From: Bdellovibrionia bacterium
GTDB taxonomy: Bacteria > Bdellovibrionota > UBA1018
Length of the DNA stretch: 32,772 nt
Direction of reading: 5' to 3'
Assembly (NCBI GenBank): GCA_045805065.1
Contig: JBJMMA010000181.1
Span: 1 to 32,772, forward strand
In this document: one piece after another, positions 8,569-17,397 of the stretch
Layout: every line of letters begins with the position of its first letter
Numbering within the stretch: the stretch's first letter is position 1
The notes under the pieces: generated by a model
What the model saw: only the letters and a program-made list of their open reading frames with translations
Database searches by the model: none
Told to the model about the DNA's origin: nothing
Translations under genes and position numbers: made by a program

Positions 8569-9290
8569 AGAGCCTTCTCTCCGAAACTCTCCAGATGCAG
8601 GCTAATTAAAAACTGCTCAAGCTCTCGTTGCCGAGGCTTTGCCATTTCACGGCAGGCCATCAAGCTGCAACCTTTTGCCATTTTATCGGCAAAGCTCTTG
8701 AGCGTATCCACCGTCGGGCCGAGAGTATCATTTGCCCTGCCCTGCTCTTGGGTGATGGCAAGGATTCTTGCAACGCCAATGTCTCCCAAAAAATCCAGAA
8801 TATCAGCATCGCGAAACGCGAGCGCCTGAGGCGAACTCGGCTTCGGACCATAGTACGTATGACCCAAAATCATTTCCTTAACTTGGGACCATTTTTCCTT
8901 TGGAAAACCCCAGCTCGAAAGGAGCGGCTCGATCACTTGAACGGATCGAACTGCATGATCGACCCCGGCTTGCTCAAAAGGAGCAAGACCACCAACGTCA
9001 TGTAGGAATGCAGACGCAAATAACACATCGCTATCCACTGAAAGACCTTCTCTTTGCGCCAAAATAAGCGTGACTTGATAGTCGCGCTCCGAATGAGACA
9101 GTCCCCATGACGGATGCTTTATATTTTCTTTGGCGAACTCATAAACCTTCTGTTTCCAAGCCGTGTTGAGAGGGATCCCTGTTGCTGTCTCCAGCGTCGC
9201 ACTTCCTCCTGACGATCCAAAAGACGCGTCAGATAGGAACACAAAGGCAGAAGCCAGCATGAGTGCTGGAAGGACTAGCTTATGTCTCAT
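8565..9290 (-). CDS. HD-domain metal-dependent phosphohydrolase with N-terminal signal peptide
   Basis: HSERDY...FLHDVG...DHAVRS...GHTYY...RDADILD. The N-terminus MRHKLVLPALMLASAFVFLSDASFG is Sec-like. Confidence 0.8.
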   Translation of the reverse strand: MRHKLVLPALMLASAFVFLSDASFGSSGGSATLETATGIPLNTAWKQKVYEFAKENIKHPSWGLSHSERDYQVTLILAQREGLSVDSDVLFASAFLHDVGGLAPFEQAGVDHAVRSVQVIEPLLSSWGFPKEKWSQVKEMILGHTYYGPKPSSPQALAFRDADILDFLGDIGVARILAITQEQGRANDTLGPTVDTLKSFADKMAKGCSLMACREMAKPRQRELEQFLISLHLESFGEKAL

Positions 9291-9355
9291 TATTTATACG
9301 CCCCCTTTGGGGCCCACTTTACTTAATATGATACGAATCATCACTCCCTGATTAG

Positions 9356-9378
9356 AAAGTATCAATCCAAGATACTTT
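9356..9378. promoter_or_regulatory. Palindromic operator candidate AAAGTATC-N7-GATACTTT between the divergent HD and Xre genes
   Basis: Perfect 8-bp inverted repeat about 20 bp upstream of the regulator ATG. Confidence 0.6.
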
Positions 9379-9397
9379 TTGTTAGATTTTGGCTCAA

Positions 9398-10150
9398 ATG
9401 TCGACCTCGCAACAAGATATCCAGGCAATTCTTCAAGCATTGAAGAAAACGATTCGCGCCCGTGGCTCTACGTACGCGGACCTCGCAAAGAAAATGGGCG
9501 TTTCAGAAGTCACAATTAAGAGACTGTTCTCGATCGATCATGTCTCGATGAAACACCTCTTGAGCGTTTGCGATATACTCAACGTTTCTTTGCTCGATCT
9601 TGCAGTCATTGCTCGCGATGCCAGCCATTCCGAATACATTTTAAACGAGGCTCAAGACCGGTTTTTTGCGGCAAGTCCTCGGCACTATGCCATCTTCATT
9701 GATCTCTACCGGCGCAAGCCTGCCTCAGAGGTCAAAAAGTATTGGGGCTTAAACGACCGAACCTTTTTCAATGTTTTACGTGATCTTGAAAAGCTTGAGC
9801 TGCTCGACGTGCTTCCGAAAAATAATTACCGCTTCAAAATGTCCGGGCCCGTTCGAGTCCCTAAGCAGGGCAAGCTCATCAAGCTTTTCTTCACGCACAA
9901 CATCGAGTTCCTTGAGCATGTGCAGGCTCATGCAGATCAGCCCGAGTGCTTTTTGCAAACCAGTGAAGTCCTCTTATCAAAAGAACACTCCGGCAAGCTT
10001 CTCAACGAGCTGAAGGAGATCGCCAAGAAGGTACGGGATCAGTCCTTTGTTGATGAGACCACTCTCCCCGCACGTCAAAAGGAGTCCGTTCGCTGGCTCT
10101 TTGCTTTTGCGCCCTATGAGACGGATTGGAGAAAGCACAGCCCGAAGTGA
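9398..10150 (+). CDS. Xre/Cro-family HTH transcriptional regulator with C-terminal extension
   Basis: LKKTIRARGSTYADLAKKMGVSEVTIKRLFS HTH, followed by a second winged-helix-like region. Confidence 0.85.
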   Translation: MSTSQQDIQAILQALKKTIRARGSTYADLAKKMGVSEVTIKRLFSIDHVSMKHLLSVCDILNVSLLDLAVIARDASHSEYILNEAQDRFFAASPRHYAIFIDLYRRKPASEVKKYWGLNDRTFFNVLRDLEKLELLDVLPKNNYRFKMSGPVRVPKQGKLIKLFFTHNIEFLEHVQAHADQPECFLQTSEVLLSKEHSGKLLNELKEIAKKVRDQSFVDETTLPARQKESVRWLFAFAPYETDWRKHSPK

Positions 10151-10190
10151 TCATGTCACCTCGGGCCAGCTTTTTAATGTCAGTTACGTC

Positions 10191-12695
10191 TTAGTTAGGA
10201 ACGATCACAGTCTCCTTGTCAAAGACGAGAGGAGCGCCACCGTTGACGGTCACAGTGGCCTTGGTTCCGTTAAACGTTGCGCTTCTTCCCATACCTGCAC
10301 AGCTTTCACGGATGATCGTGACCGCGACGAGTTGCGGTAACTTCATCCTGAGAGAGTATCGGGCATGATACTGCTGAGGATGGTTGGCATCAGGAAAGGG
10401 ACTTGTTGGGTTGATCTCAAATCCTTGAGAGGCCGTGAAATTGCCGCCCACAGGATCATACATGTCAATGCACGCGGAGGCTTTTCCGTTTGCCGACTTG
10501 GTGTTTGCCATATTGACGTTGACGTTGAACGGCGCCATGGACTGGAAGTTCAACTCCCAGGTCCGCGCCGTATCGCTTGTCGCGTAGTCATAAACGACAG
10601 CCACTTTGTCTTTGCGATTGTACGCAACCGTACGAATCACTTTGCTTAAAAGTGGCTGCCATTTTCCACTTCCGTCCGTGCCACGATAAGCATCCGTTGC
10701 ATCACCCGTCGTCACTACCCAGGTGGAAGCGCTGTCATACATATTGAGCAACTTGCCTCGGGTGTACATCGTACTCACTGGCGCTCCTGGTGCCGTTGGG
10801 GCCAGGCTTGGCTCCGCTTGACCGATCCCGCCATCAAACGTGAGCGCGTTCTTGTAGCGGGTCGCGCGCGTCTGAAGCTTGAAATCGGGATGGTCGTAGT
10901 TGACGTAATACCCCCCGCTGATCAGCACGTTCTCGCCGTTGGAAACGAGCGTGAAAGCGTTCTGATCTGCTTGCGAATGATTGAAACTTCCGAAGCGACC
11001 TGAGTGAAAGAAAACACTGCTTCTATTAGTATCCATAGTTGAGGTCGTCAAGTCGTCCGGGTTTGTGTTCGGACCATGCATCGCGACGGCACCCGTGTTT
11101 TCGAACAACCACGACATGTTCTTTGGAGCGGCAGGCGAAGGCAGCGCGATAGGTGCTCCGTTATTCATCCCCAAAGTCATGAAGTGCCAGAGCCCAGGAT
11201 AATACTGAAGACTGTTATTCTGAGGGGTCACGCGCCAATACCACTCATAAGCTGGATCCGTATTGAGTGCTGAATAAAGCTTGAATGCGTCGATGGTGCC
11301 TTGCTGATACAAGTTACTCACCTCCGCTCCATCTCCATAAGCATTCATCTGAAAGATATTGGCTGGCGTCATTGCGATCAGATATCTTCCGATCCTTGCG
11401 ATGGAAGGCTGCGAACTGACATCAACGCCCCCGATCAGCCGGACCGCGGCCATCGTATTGGCAACCTGACCCAGCCCATACCAACCGTAGGCCACACCGT
11501 TCGCGTAACTTCCGTCATCGGTATTAAACGTGTTCAGCGCGCTGCGATAGTATTCCCAAGCGGTTGCGAGATAAGAGCTCGACTCAGGAAAGCCGGGCAT
11601 CCCCGCAACATGCATCAGTGCCTCGTTCAAATACTGAATGTCGGTCAACATGTGAGAGTCGTTCGGCCAACCATCAAAGCTTGCGATGCTCTGATTAGGC
11701 CCATTGAGAATGCTCAAAATGCGAGCCTTCAAGGGAACCAGGACGGTATTGATCTGGGTAGTCGTCAGCTTTGCGCGGAGAAGATCGAGACCCTCTGCCA
11801 GGGCGAGTAGGATTTCGCGATTGCTTTGATCGTCTTTATCCTGACTGGTCATCCCGGTTGGAGACCACGCTGCAAGAGCCATCAATCGCTTGATTGCTGC
11901 GTTCGAATAGGTCGAATTACCCGTAAAAAGACCGGCAAGCGCTAATTCTTCCATCAGGCGGCGCTCACCCGCCGTCAGGTGCATAAGATTTCCGCTAGTG
12001 GGTGCCGTATCGGCGGGCGGAATCGGCGGAGTTCCCGCAACGGCAGCCTTGGCTTCAGCCATCAGCTTGGTATAGGCGTTTCTATAATCGGTGCTTACCG
12101 ACGCACGCGATGCGAGCGTAGGAAAAGTCACATTAGGAGGAAGAATGCGGGGAGAGGCTTTAGCGCCAACGCTTGCAGCAATCTGAGCTCCGGAAGGAAA
12201 CACATTCGTTTCAGAGCCCGCCGGAATCTGAAAATATCGCACACGGCTGAACACCGTTTTTCCTTGCGAGTTGATGTAGGCAGCTGACCAGTAATAAACT
12301 CCTGCATCCAGTTTTCCGTTCGGCAATTGAGTCGTCAAATTCACCCAGGGATGATCCAGTGCAAGTTTTGTCACGACTGCTTCATTGGAGCCTGCCTTGT
12401 TCAGCCAGAAAAAATATTTCGGCGTAGAGGCGCGATCTTGAGGAGCGACCCATGAGAAAGCAGGAGTGCCCGTCTTCACGAGTCCGCACTCACGCGGCTG
12501 AAGTCGCACAACGCTTGGATCTGAATTGTCGATGAAGTCTGGCGTGTTGCTTCCAGGGCCTGCCGTACAATTGCTCATGAGAAAGGCCGGCACATCAACC
12601 CCGGTACCACTCAGCGTGACCGTGCCCGCGAGAGCACTTCCTGATGCCATCAATACTGCCGACGAGATCGCGATTTGTTTTTTCATCGAACCCAT
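10191..12695 (-). CDS. Secreted heparinase II/III-like polysaccharide lyase (DUF4962/oligo-alginate-lyase-like), paralog 2
   Basis: Signal peptide ending ALA. Motifs PNDSH, NGVAYGWY, AYGDG, FGSFNHSQADQNAF, LISGGYY and TRYKNALTFDGG. Confidence 0.75.
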   Translation of the reverse strand: MGSMKKQIAISSAVLMASGSALAGTVTLSGTGVDVPAFLMSNCTAGPGSNTPDFIDNSDPSVVRLQPRECGLVKTGTPAFSWVAPQDRASTPKYFFWLNKAGSNEAVVTKLALDHPWVNLTTQLPNGKLDAGVYYWSAAYINSQGKTVFSRVRYFQIPAGSETNVFPSGAQIAASVGAKASPRILPPNVTFPTLASRASVSTDYRNAYTKLMAEAKAAVAGTPPIPPADTAPTSGNLMHLTAGERRLMEELALAGLFTGNSTYSNAAIKRLMALAAWSPTGMTSQDKDDQSNREILLALAEGLDLLRAKLTTTQINTVLVPLKARILSILNGPNQSIASFDGWPNDSHMLTDIQYLNEALMHVAGMPGFPESSSYLATAWEYYRSALNTFNTDDGSYANGVAYGWYGLGQVANTMAAVRLIGGVDVSSQPSIARIGRYLIAMTPANIFQMNAYGDGAEVSNLYQQGTIDAFKLYSALNTDPAYEWYWRVTPQNNSLQYYPGLWHFMTLGMNNGAPIALPSPAAPKNMSWLFENTGAVAMHGPNTNPDDLTTSTMDTNRSSVFFHSGRFGSFNHSQADQNAFTLVSNGENVLISGGYYVNYDHPDFKLQTRATRYKNALTFDGGIGQAEPSLAPTAPGAPVSTMYTRGKLLNMYDSASTWVVTTGDATDAYRGTDGSGKWQPLLSKVIRTVAYNRKDKVAVVYDYATSDTARTWELNFQSMAPFNVNVNMANTKSANGKASACIDMYDPVGGNFTASQGFEINPTSPFPDANHPQQYHARYSLRMKLPQLVAVTIIRESCAGMGRSATFNGTKATVTVNGGAPLVFDKETVIVPN

Positions 12696-12764
12696 ACGAT
12701 TCCAGCCCCTTCAGATTGAGAGATACGAAATTAAATCAATTTTATATAAAACTATTGAAAAGCG

Positions 12765-12797
12765 CCTTGGCCCGAAGGTGATTCCTTCGGGCCAAGG
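12765..12797 (-). terminator. Intrinsic terminator between the two lyase genes
   Basis: 14-bp perfect stem ccttggcccgaagg/ccttcgggccaagg with a 5-nt loop, followed by CGCTTTT on the minus strand, 20 nt after the paralog 1 stop. Confidence 0.8.
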
Positions 12798-12817
12798 TCT
12801 GTGCCATTAATGCTTAG

Positions 12818-15424
12818 TTAGGGAAGCTCTACCTTGTTCTTGTCGAAGTACAGGATCGAACCGTCGGCCATCTGGATCTGCATTCGGGTAGGATTGGTGG
12901 CAGGATCGGTCACTTTCGCAGGGCGACTTCCTCCACCGCAGTTTTCCCGAATGATCGTCATCGTAGCCAGCTCTTTGGTTTTGTACTTGGACCTGTAACG
13001 TGCATGAAACTGCAGATCATGAGGGTCGGTTCCGGTAACTGGTGGCTCGTCTCCAAAGCCTGCCCAAGTATCAAAAGTTCCCTCGAGATTGACGATAGCC
13101 ATGCATGCCTTGGCCTTCATGTCTTTCGAGTTGATGGTGATCATATTGTAATTTTTGTCAGTATAACCACCCGTTGCGTGGAAATTGAGCTCCCACTGAC
13201 GAGCGACATTGCTTGTGGCGTAGTCATAAATGACCAGGACCTTATCCACTCGGTTGTAGGCCACCGTGCGGATGGCATTCGTCAGAAGTGGAGTCCACGA
13301 CAACTTGTCCGCAGACAATGCTCTGTAAGCATTTTTTGCGTCCCCGGTGGCAACCGTCCAGGCCCCATTTTGATAATAATTGGTCAATTTACCACTGGTC
13401 TGCATCGTGTCCAATGGCTTGCCCGGCACGGTCGAATTATCAGTTGGCTCGGCTTGGCCGAGTCCATTATCAAAGGTAAGCGCGTTCTTGTAGCGAGTCG
13501 CACGTACCGCAAGCTTTTGGTAATCCGTATCGTAGTTCACATAGTAGCCGCTGTTGATCAGCAGATTCACACCATTCACCGTCAACTCAAAGGAGTTCTG
13601 AGCTGCGTGAGAGTGATTGAAGCTTCCAAAGCGACTCGAGTGAAAGAAGACACTGCTTCTATTGGTATCTGCAACCGCTGCGTCTGGATTCCATCCGGGC
13701 GTGTTCGCACTGTGCATCGCGACGATGCCTGTGCCTTCAAACAACGCGGAAGTACCCATTGGCATGACCGACGCAGGCCGCACAATAGGTCCTCCGTTGT
13801 TCATCCCGAGTGTCATATAGTTCCAGAGGCTCGGTGACACTTGATTGCTGATATTTCCTGAACGAGCACGCCAGTACCATTCATAACCTGGCACCTTCGC
13901 AATAAGCGCTGACAAGAGCTTAAAGGAATCCCAAGTTCCGTTCCGATACAAACTGATAGTATCAGCTCCATCGCCAATTGCATTCATCTGGTCGATATTA
14001 GGCGCGGTCATATTGATCAGGAACTTACCGATGTTGTACACGGGAAGCTGCTGACTCAAGTCAGCTTTTGCGATGACTCGAGCTGCGGCGATCGAAGGGA
14101 CAAGCGCTTCCATGTTGTACCAGCCGTAGGCAACGCCATTGCCAAAGCTTCCATCGTCGGTTGCAAATCCAACGAGAGAATTGAGATAGTATTCCCAAGC
14201 AGCAGAAAGCATGGATTGCGAGTTTCCACCTGGAAAACCACTCATCCCTGCCACATGCAAAAGCGCCTGGGTCACGTACTTGATGGCCGTGAACTTGTGA
14301 GAATCGTTTGGATAGGTATCAAACCCACCCACTGACGTGCAGTTGTTCTCATTGAAGATCTGACAAATTCTAGCTTTCAATGGCGTAGCGATATTTGTGA
14401 TATCAGTCGTTGAAAGATCGCTGCCACCCCGAAAGAAATCCAGGCCTTCAGCCAGCGCTAACATGATCTCACGATTAGCCTGATCGTTACTGTTCTGGCT
14501 GGAAATTCCGTTGACGTCCCAAGCCGCGAGCTTGCGCAAGTGATCGAGCGCAGCTTGTTTATATGCGGCAGCTTTGGTTGAAGTCGGATTGAAGTAGTAT
14601 GCAAGCGCAAGCGTTTCTAAAAGCGCTCGTTCTGCCTGCAACTGATTGTTCAGGCTGCCTCCGGTCGCAACGTTTGGCGAAGGAGCAGGGAGCGGAGTCC
14701 CGGATGAAGTGATTTGGGCATCAGCATCTCTCATGAGGCCAAGGTATGCATTCTTGTATTCATTGCTTGCGCCGGTCTTAAGCAGATTTGCGATCGCCGC
14801 AAAACTTGCACCGCGTGGAAGCATCTTCAGGGAATACCTTTTTGTAGTATCTCCCGCGTTTACTGCATTGCTAACCACCTCCGCCCCTGACGGAAGAATG
14901 GCAATGCTAGTGATGCTCGGTACTTGAAACCAGCGGGTTCGAGAGGACTTTACCTGGCCGCTCGTATTTGTGTATGAGACAGTCCACGAATAAGTTCCTG
15001 CATCCAGTCTGTGGTTGGTCAACTGCGACGTTAAATTGATCCAAGGATGAGCAATTCCCGTTACGGTCTTAACCGGTGTAGTGGTTCCCTTCTTAGTCAC
15101 AGTAATCGTAAAGGTCTTGGCTGTCGCAGATAAGTCTTTGGGAATCGCCCATGAGAACGACGGAGTCGCATTATTGAGGATACTGCACTCTCGAGGCTGA
15201 AACCTGACAACTGTAGGATCAGTATTATCGATAAAGTCTGCCGCACCATTGACCCCTGGTCCAACTGGACAGCCCTGGACGGTGGCCGATGGATCCGCTG
15301 CAACGCCGGTGTTTTGAAGTATTACCGCTCTTGCATCAAGCGCAGTCCCCAGCACCAATGCAGCAGCACCTGATGCCATTAAAACTGCGGATGAGAGTGC
15401 GATTCGCTTATTTCGTGAGCCCAT
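12818..15424 (-). CDS. Secreted heparinase II/III-like polysaccharide lyase, paralog 1
   Basis: Colinear with 10191-12695: FIDNTDPTVVRFQPREC, PNDSH, NGVAYGWY, FGSFNHSHAAQNSF, ATRYKNALTFD. Start set at ATG 15424 because MGSRNKRIALSSAVLMASG aligns with the paralog start MGSMKKQIAISSAVLMASG. Confidence 0.75.
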   Translation of the reverse strand: MGSRNKRIALSSAVLMASGAAALVLGTALDARAVILQNTGVAADPSATVQGCPVGPGVNGAADFIDNTDPTVVRFQPRECSILNNATPSFSWAIPKDLSATAKTFTITVTKKGTTTPVKTVTGIAHPWINLTSQLTNHRLDAGTYSWTVSYTNTSGQVKSSRTRWFQVPSITSIAILPSGAEVVSNAVNAGDTTKRYSLKMLPRGASFAAIANLLKTGASNEYKNAYLGLMRDADAQITSSGTPLPAPSPNVATGGSLNNQLQAERALLETLALAYYFNPTSTKAAAYKQAALDHLRKLAAWDVNGISSQNSNDQANREIMLALAEGLDFFRGGSDLSTTDITNIATPLKARICQIFNENNCTSVGGFDTYPNDSHKFTAIKYVTQALLHVAGMSGFPGGNSQSMLSAAWEYYLNSLVGFATDDGSFGNGVAYGWYNMEALVPSIAAARVIAKADLSQQLPVYNIGKFLINMTAPNIDQMNAIGDGADTISLYRNGTWDSFKLLSALIAKVPGYEWYWRARSGNISNQVSPSLWNYMTLGMNNGGPIVRPASVMPMGTSALFEGTGIVAMHSANTPGWNPDAAVADTNRSSVFFHSSRFGSFNHSHAAQNSFELTVNGVNLLINSGYYVNYDTDYQKLAVRATRYKNALTFDNGLGQAEPTDNSTVPGKPLDTMQTSGKLTNYYQNGAWTVATGDAKNAYRALSADKLSWTPLLTNAIRTVAYNRVDKVLVIYDYATSNVARQWELNFHATGGYTDKNYNMITINSKDMKAKACMAIVNLEGTFDTWAGFGDEPPVTGTDPHDLQFHARYRSKYKTKELATMTIIRENCGGGSRPAKVTDPATNPTRMQIQMADGSILYFDKNKVELP

Positions 15425-15842
15425 GGTTTTTCCAAACCTTTCCAAGTTGTGAGAGAGGAGATGGACTCTCTAAAGATACCAGCTCCGTCAGTCCGCAAGA
15501 ATGTGTCCCGTTTCACATGCTGATCTTCAATTTTGTGTATTTATAAAATCCTAGGAGAGGATTTCGCGCATTTGAAGCGTTTTCGTGAGGCTCATGTACG
15601 ATTGTTCATTTTTAATAAGAGTCGGGTTTTTGGCGTAGTTTTGTTCAATTGTTGTGATTTAAAACCTTGCTGGAAACTTGAAGTTCGTTAGAACGAACGC
15701 ATGAAAACGTGTCAACAAATTGGTCACCCGACTGAAGTCCGACGGTAGCGAAGCCACAAGCTACCTACAAGTAGCTGATCTCATTGTCTGCGGTCGAGGG
15801 CATAACTCCTGAATAGATGACGGCTCAAGAAGGACGAAATGC

Positions 15843-16586
15843 ATGAGAAAAACATCGCTAGCAATCTATGGGATCCTTGCCGTCCTGGTGACTGGCTACA
15901 CCAGCAGCCCTTCAATTCAATCCCCACATCACCTCACGGCATCACGTTCCCTTGCCTCCGAGATCCTTCTTGCACACCCTGCGGATTTTGCCGAACCAGG
16001 AGGTGACTTGCCTGCCATTGGAAAGTGGATGCTCGATTCGCACGGGGAAATCGCGCATTGGCTGGGAATGGAATTCAACTCCCATCGAATCAATGAACCG
16101 ATCAACATCATCATCCGCGTAAAAGCGGCGGACCCGGAGTCCGCAAACCGAAAACTTCTTTCAGCAGCCTCGGCAGCGGGATTTGAAAACCGGAAGGGAC
16201 ACTCCACGGGTTATTCAGCATATCTCAACGATGGGATCGTTCCGCAGTTCGACGCGATGCCTGATCATGCGTTTTCGGATGCCTACTACCTCCTCTCGAA
16301 CAATCACGGGCGGATCTTTGGCCCGGTTCTCTGGCAAGGCTCTTTTCTTTACGTGGCGGCCTTCAGCAGGGAGAGCGTGCACTTGATCGACAAGTTGCTG
16401 GGCAAATCGGCCCACATGCACATCTATTCCTCGTTCAATCAGGCGCGTGATCAGTTTGCGAGTCAGATGGCTCGCCAAGGTGGCGCCACAATTGCCGCAT
16501 CCGTTCCATTGGATAATGCTTTGCCTGAAAATCCTACAGACACAACGGGCGATCATGACGGCCAAGCCATTCTTTTGGATTTGTAA
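15843..16586 (+). CDS. Hypothetical exported protein
   Basis: 247-aa ORF with SD-like AAGGA and a hydrophobic N-terminus. EPINIII and NNHGRIFGP segments loosely recall LssY C-terminal-like domains (weak). Confidence 0.7.
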   Translation: MRKTSLAIYGILAVLVTGYTSSPSIQSPHHLTASRSLASEILLAHPADFAEPGGDLPAIGKWMLDSHGEIAHWLGMEFNSHRINEPINIIIRVKAADPESANRKLLSAASAAGFENRKGHSTGYSAYLNDGIVPQFDAMPDHAFSDAYYLLSNNHGRIFGPVLWQGSFLYVAAFSRESVHLIDKLLGKSAHMHIYSSFNQARDQFASQMARQGGATIAASVPLDNALPENPTDTTGDHDGQAILLDL

Positions 16587-16749
16587 AAAACACCCACAAC
16601 GCAACGAGCCATAGGCTGTCTTTGCCTACCTTTTTAGAAATCTGATCAGCTGCTTTCTGTCGTCTTTATTTTCCAAGGGGTGTCTGCTACTTTTCAACAA
16701 ACCCTTAGCGAACATCACGAATTGGTTACCAATCAGTTCAGGAAGAGTC

Positions 16750-17397
16750 ATGGAAGCAGCGACCCGAAAACTCATACGGGACTATGCCGGCACGGTCCTG
16801 GGTGCCGTTGTGGTTGCATTACTCATTCGCTTTTACATCATCGAAGCCTATCGGATTCCGACAATGGCCATGAGGCCGACTCTGGAGCCAGGCGATACGG
16901 TCTTTGTCGTTAAATCTCCTCTGGGAACAAAGCTTTTTGCATCCCAACAACCCAAGCGGGGCGATGTGATTCTATTCCGCTCCGAAGACCCAACGCCTCG
17001 CGACTACATCAAGCGCATCGTGGCGCTCCCGGGCGAGACGGTTGAGCTCAAAAAGGGCAAGCTTTGGATCAACGGTAAAGCCGTGGAAGAATCCATCTCA
17101 GTGAACAGCTCCTGCGGAACTGAAAGCCTTCCGAGCGGAGAAGTGACAGGTGTTTGTCATGAGCCGCCGATTCCAGAAGATCTCTCCCCTATCCAGGTTC
17201 CAAACGATACGTATTTTGTCCTGGGAGATTTTAGATCACTTTCACAATTGGATCCCAATCTGAAAGGCAGAAGCTGGGGCATGATCCCAAGCTCTTCGAT
17301 CAGAGGCCAGGCTCTCTGGGTATGGCTCTCTATTGAACCCCCCTCAGATGGATTCCCAAAACTCAGATTTGAACGCATGTTCCGGAGGATCAAATGA
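16750..17397 (+). CDS. lepB: Signal peptidase I (S26) homolog with the catalytic Ser replaced by Ala
   Basis: TM helix, box B AYRIPTMAMRPTL, box C KRGDVILF, box D YIKRIVALPGE, degenerate box E YFVLGDFR...SWG. Confidence 0.85.
   Translation: MEAATRKLIRDYAGTVLGAVVVALLIRFYIIEAYRIPTMAMRPTLEPGDTVFVVKSPLGTKLFASQQPKRGDVILFRSEDPTPRDYIKRIVALPGETVELKKGKLWINGKAVEESISVNSSCGTESLPSGEVTGVCHEPPIPEDLSPIQVPNDTYFVLGDFRSLSQLDPNLKGRSWGMIPSSSIRGQALWVWLSIEPPSDGFPKLRFERMFRRIK

Noticed and set aside
13004..13837. 277-aa plus-strand ORF
   Set aside because: It is antisense to lyase paralog 1, whose frame is validated by its paralog.
15458..15530. Fluoride-riboswitch-like GGAGATGG...GCTGAT
   Set aside because: The pseudoknot pairing and 3' motif are missing, it is antisense to the nearest gene, and no crcB-type gene follows.
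15722..15803. Possible riboswitch upstream of 15843 (GGTCACCCGACTG..., AGCTAC/GTAGCT hairpin)
   Set aside because: There is only fragmentary resemblance to ZTP or c-di-GMP aptamers and core motifs are absent. An Rfam cmscan would settle it.
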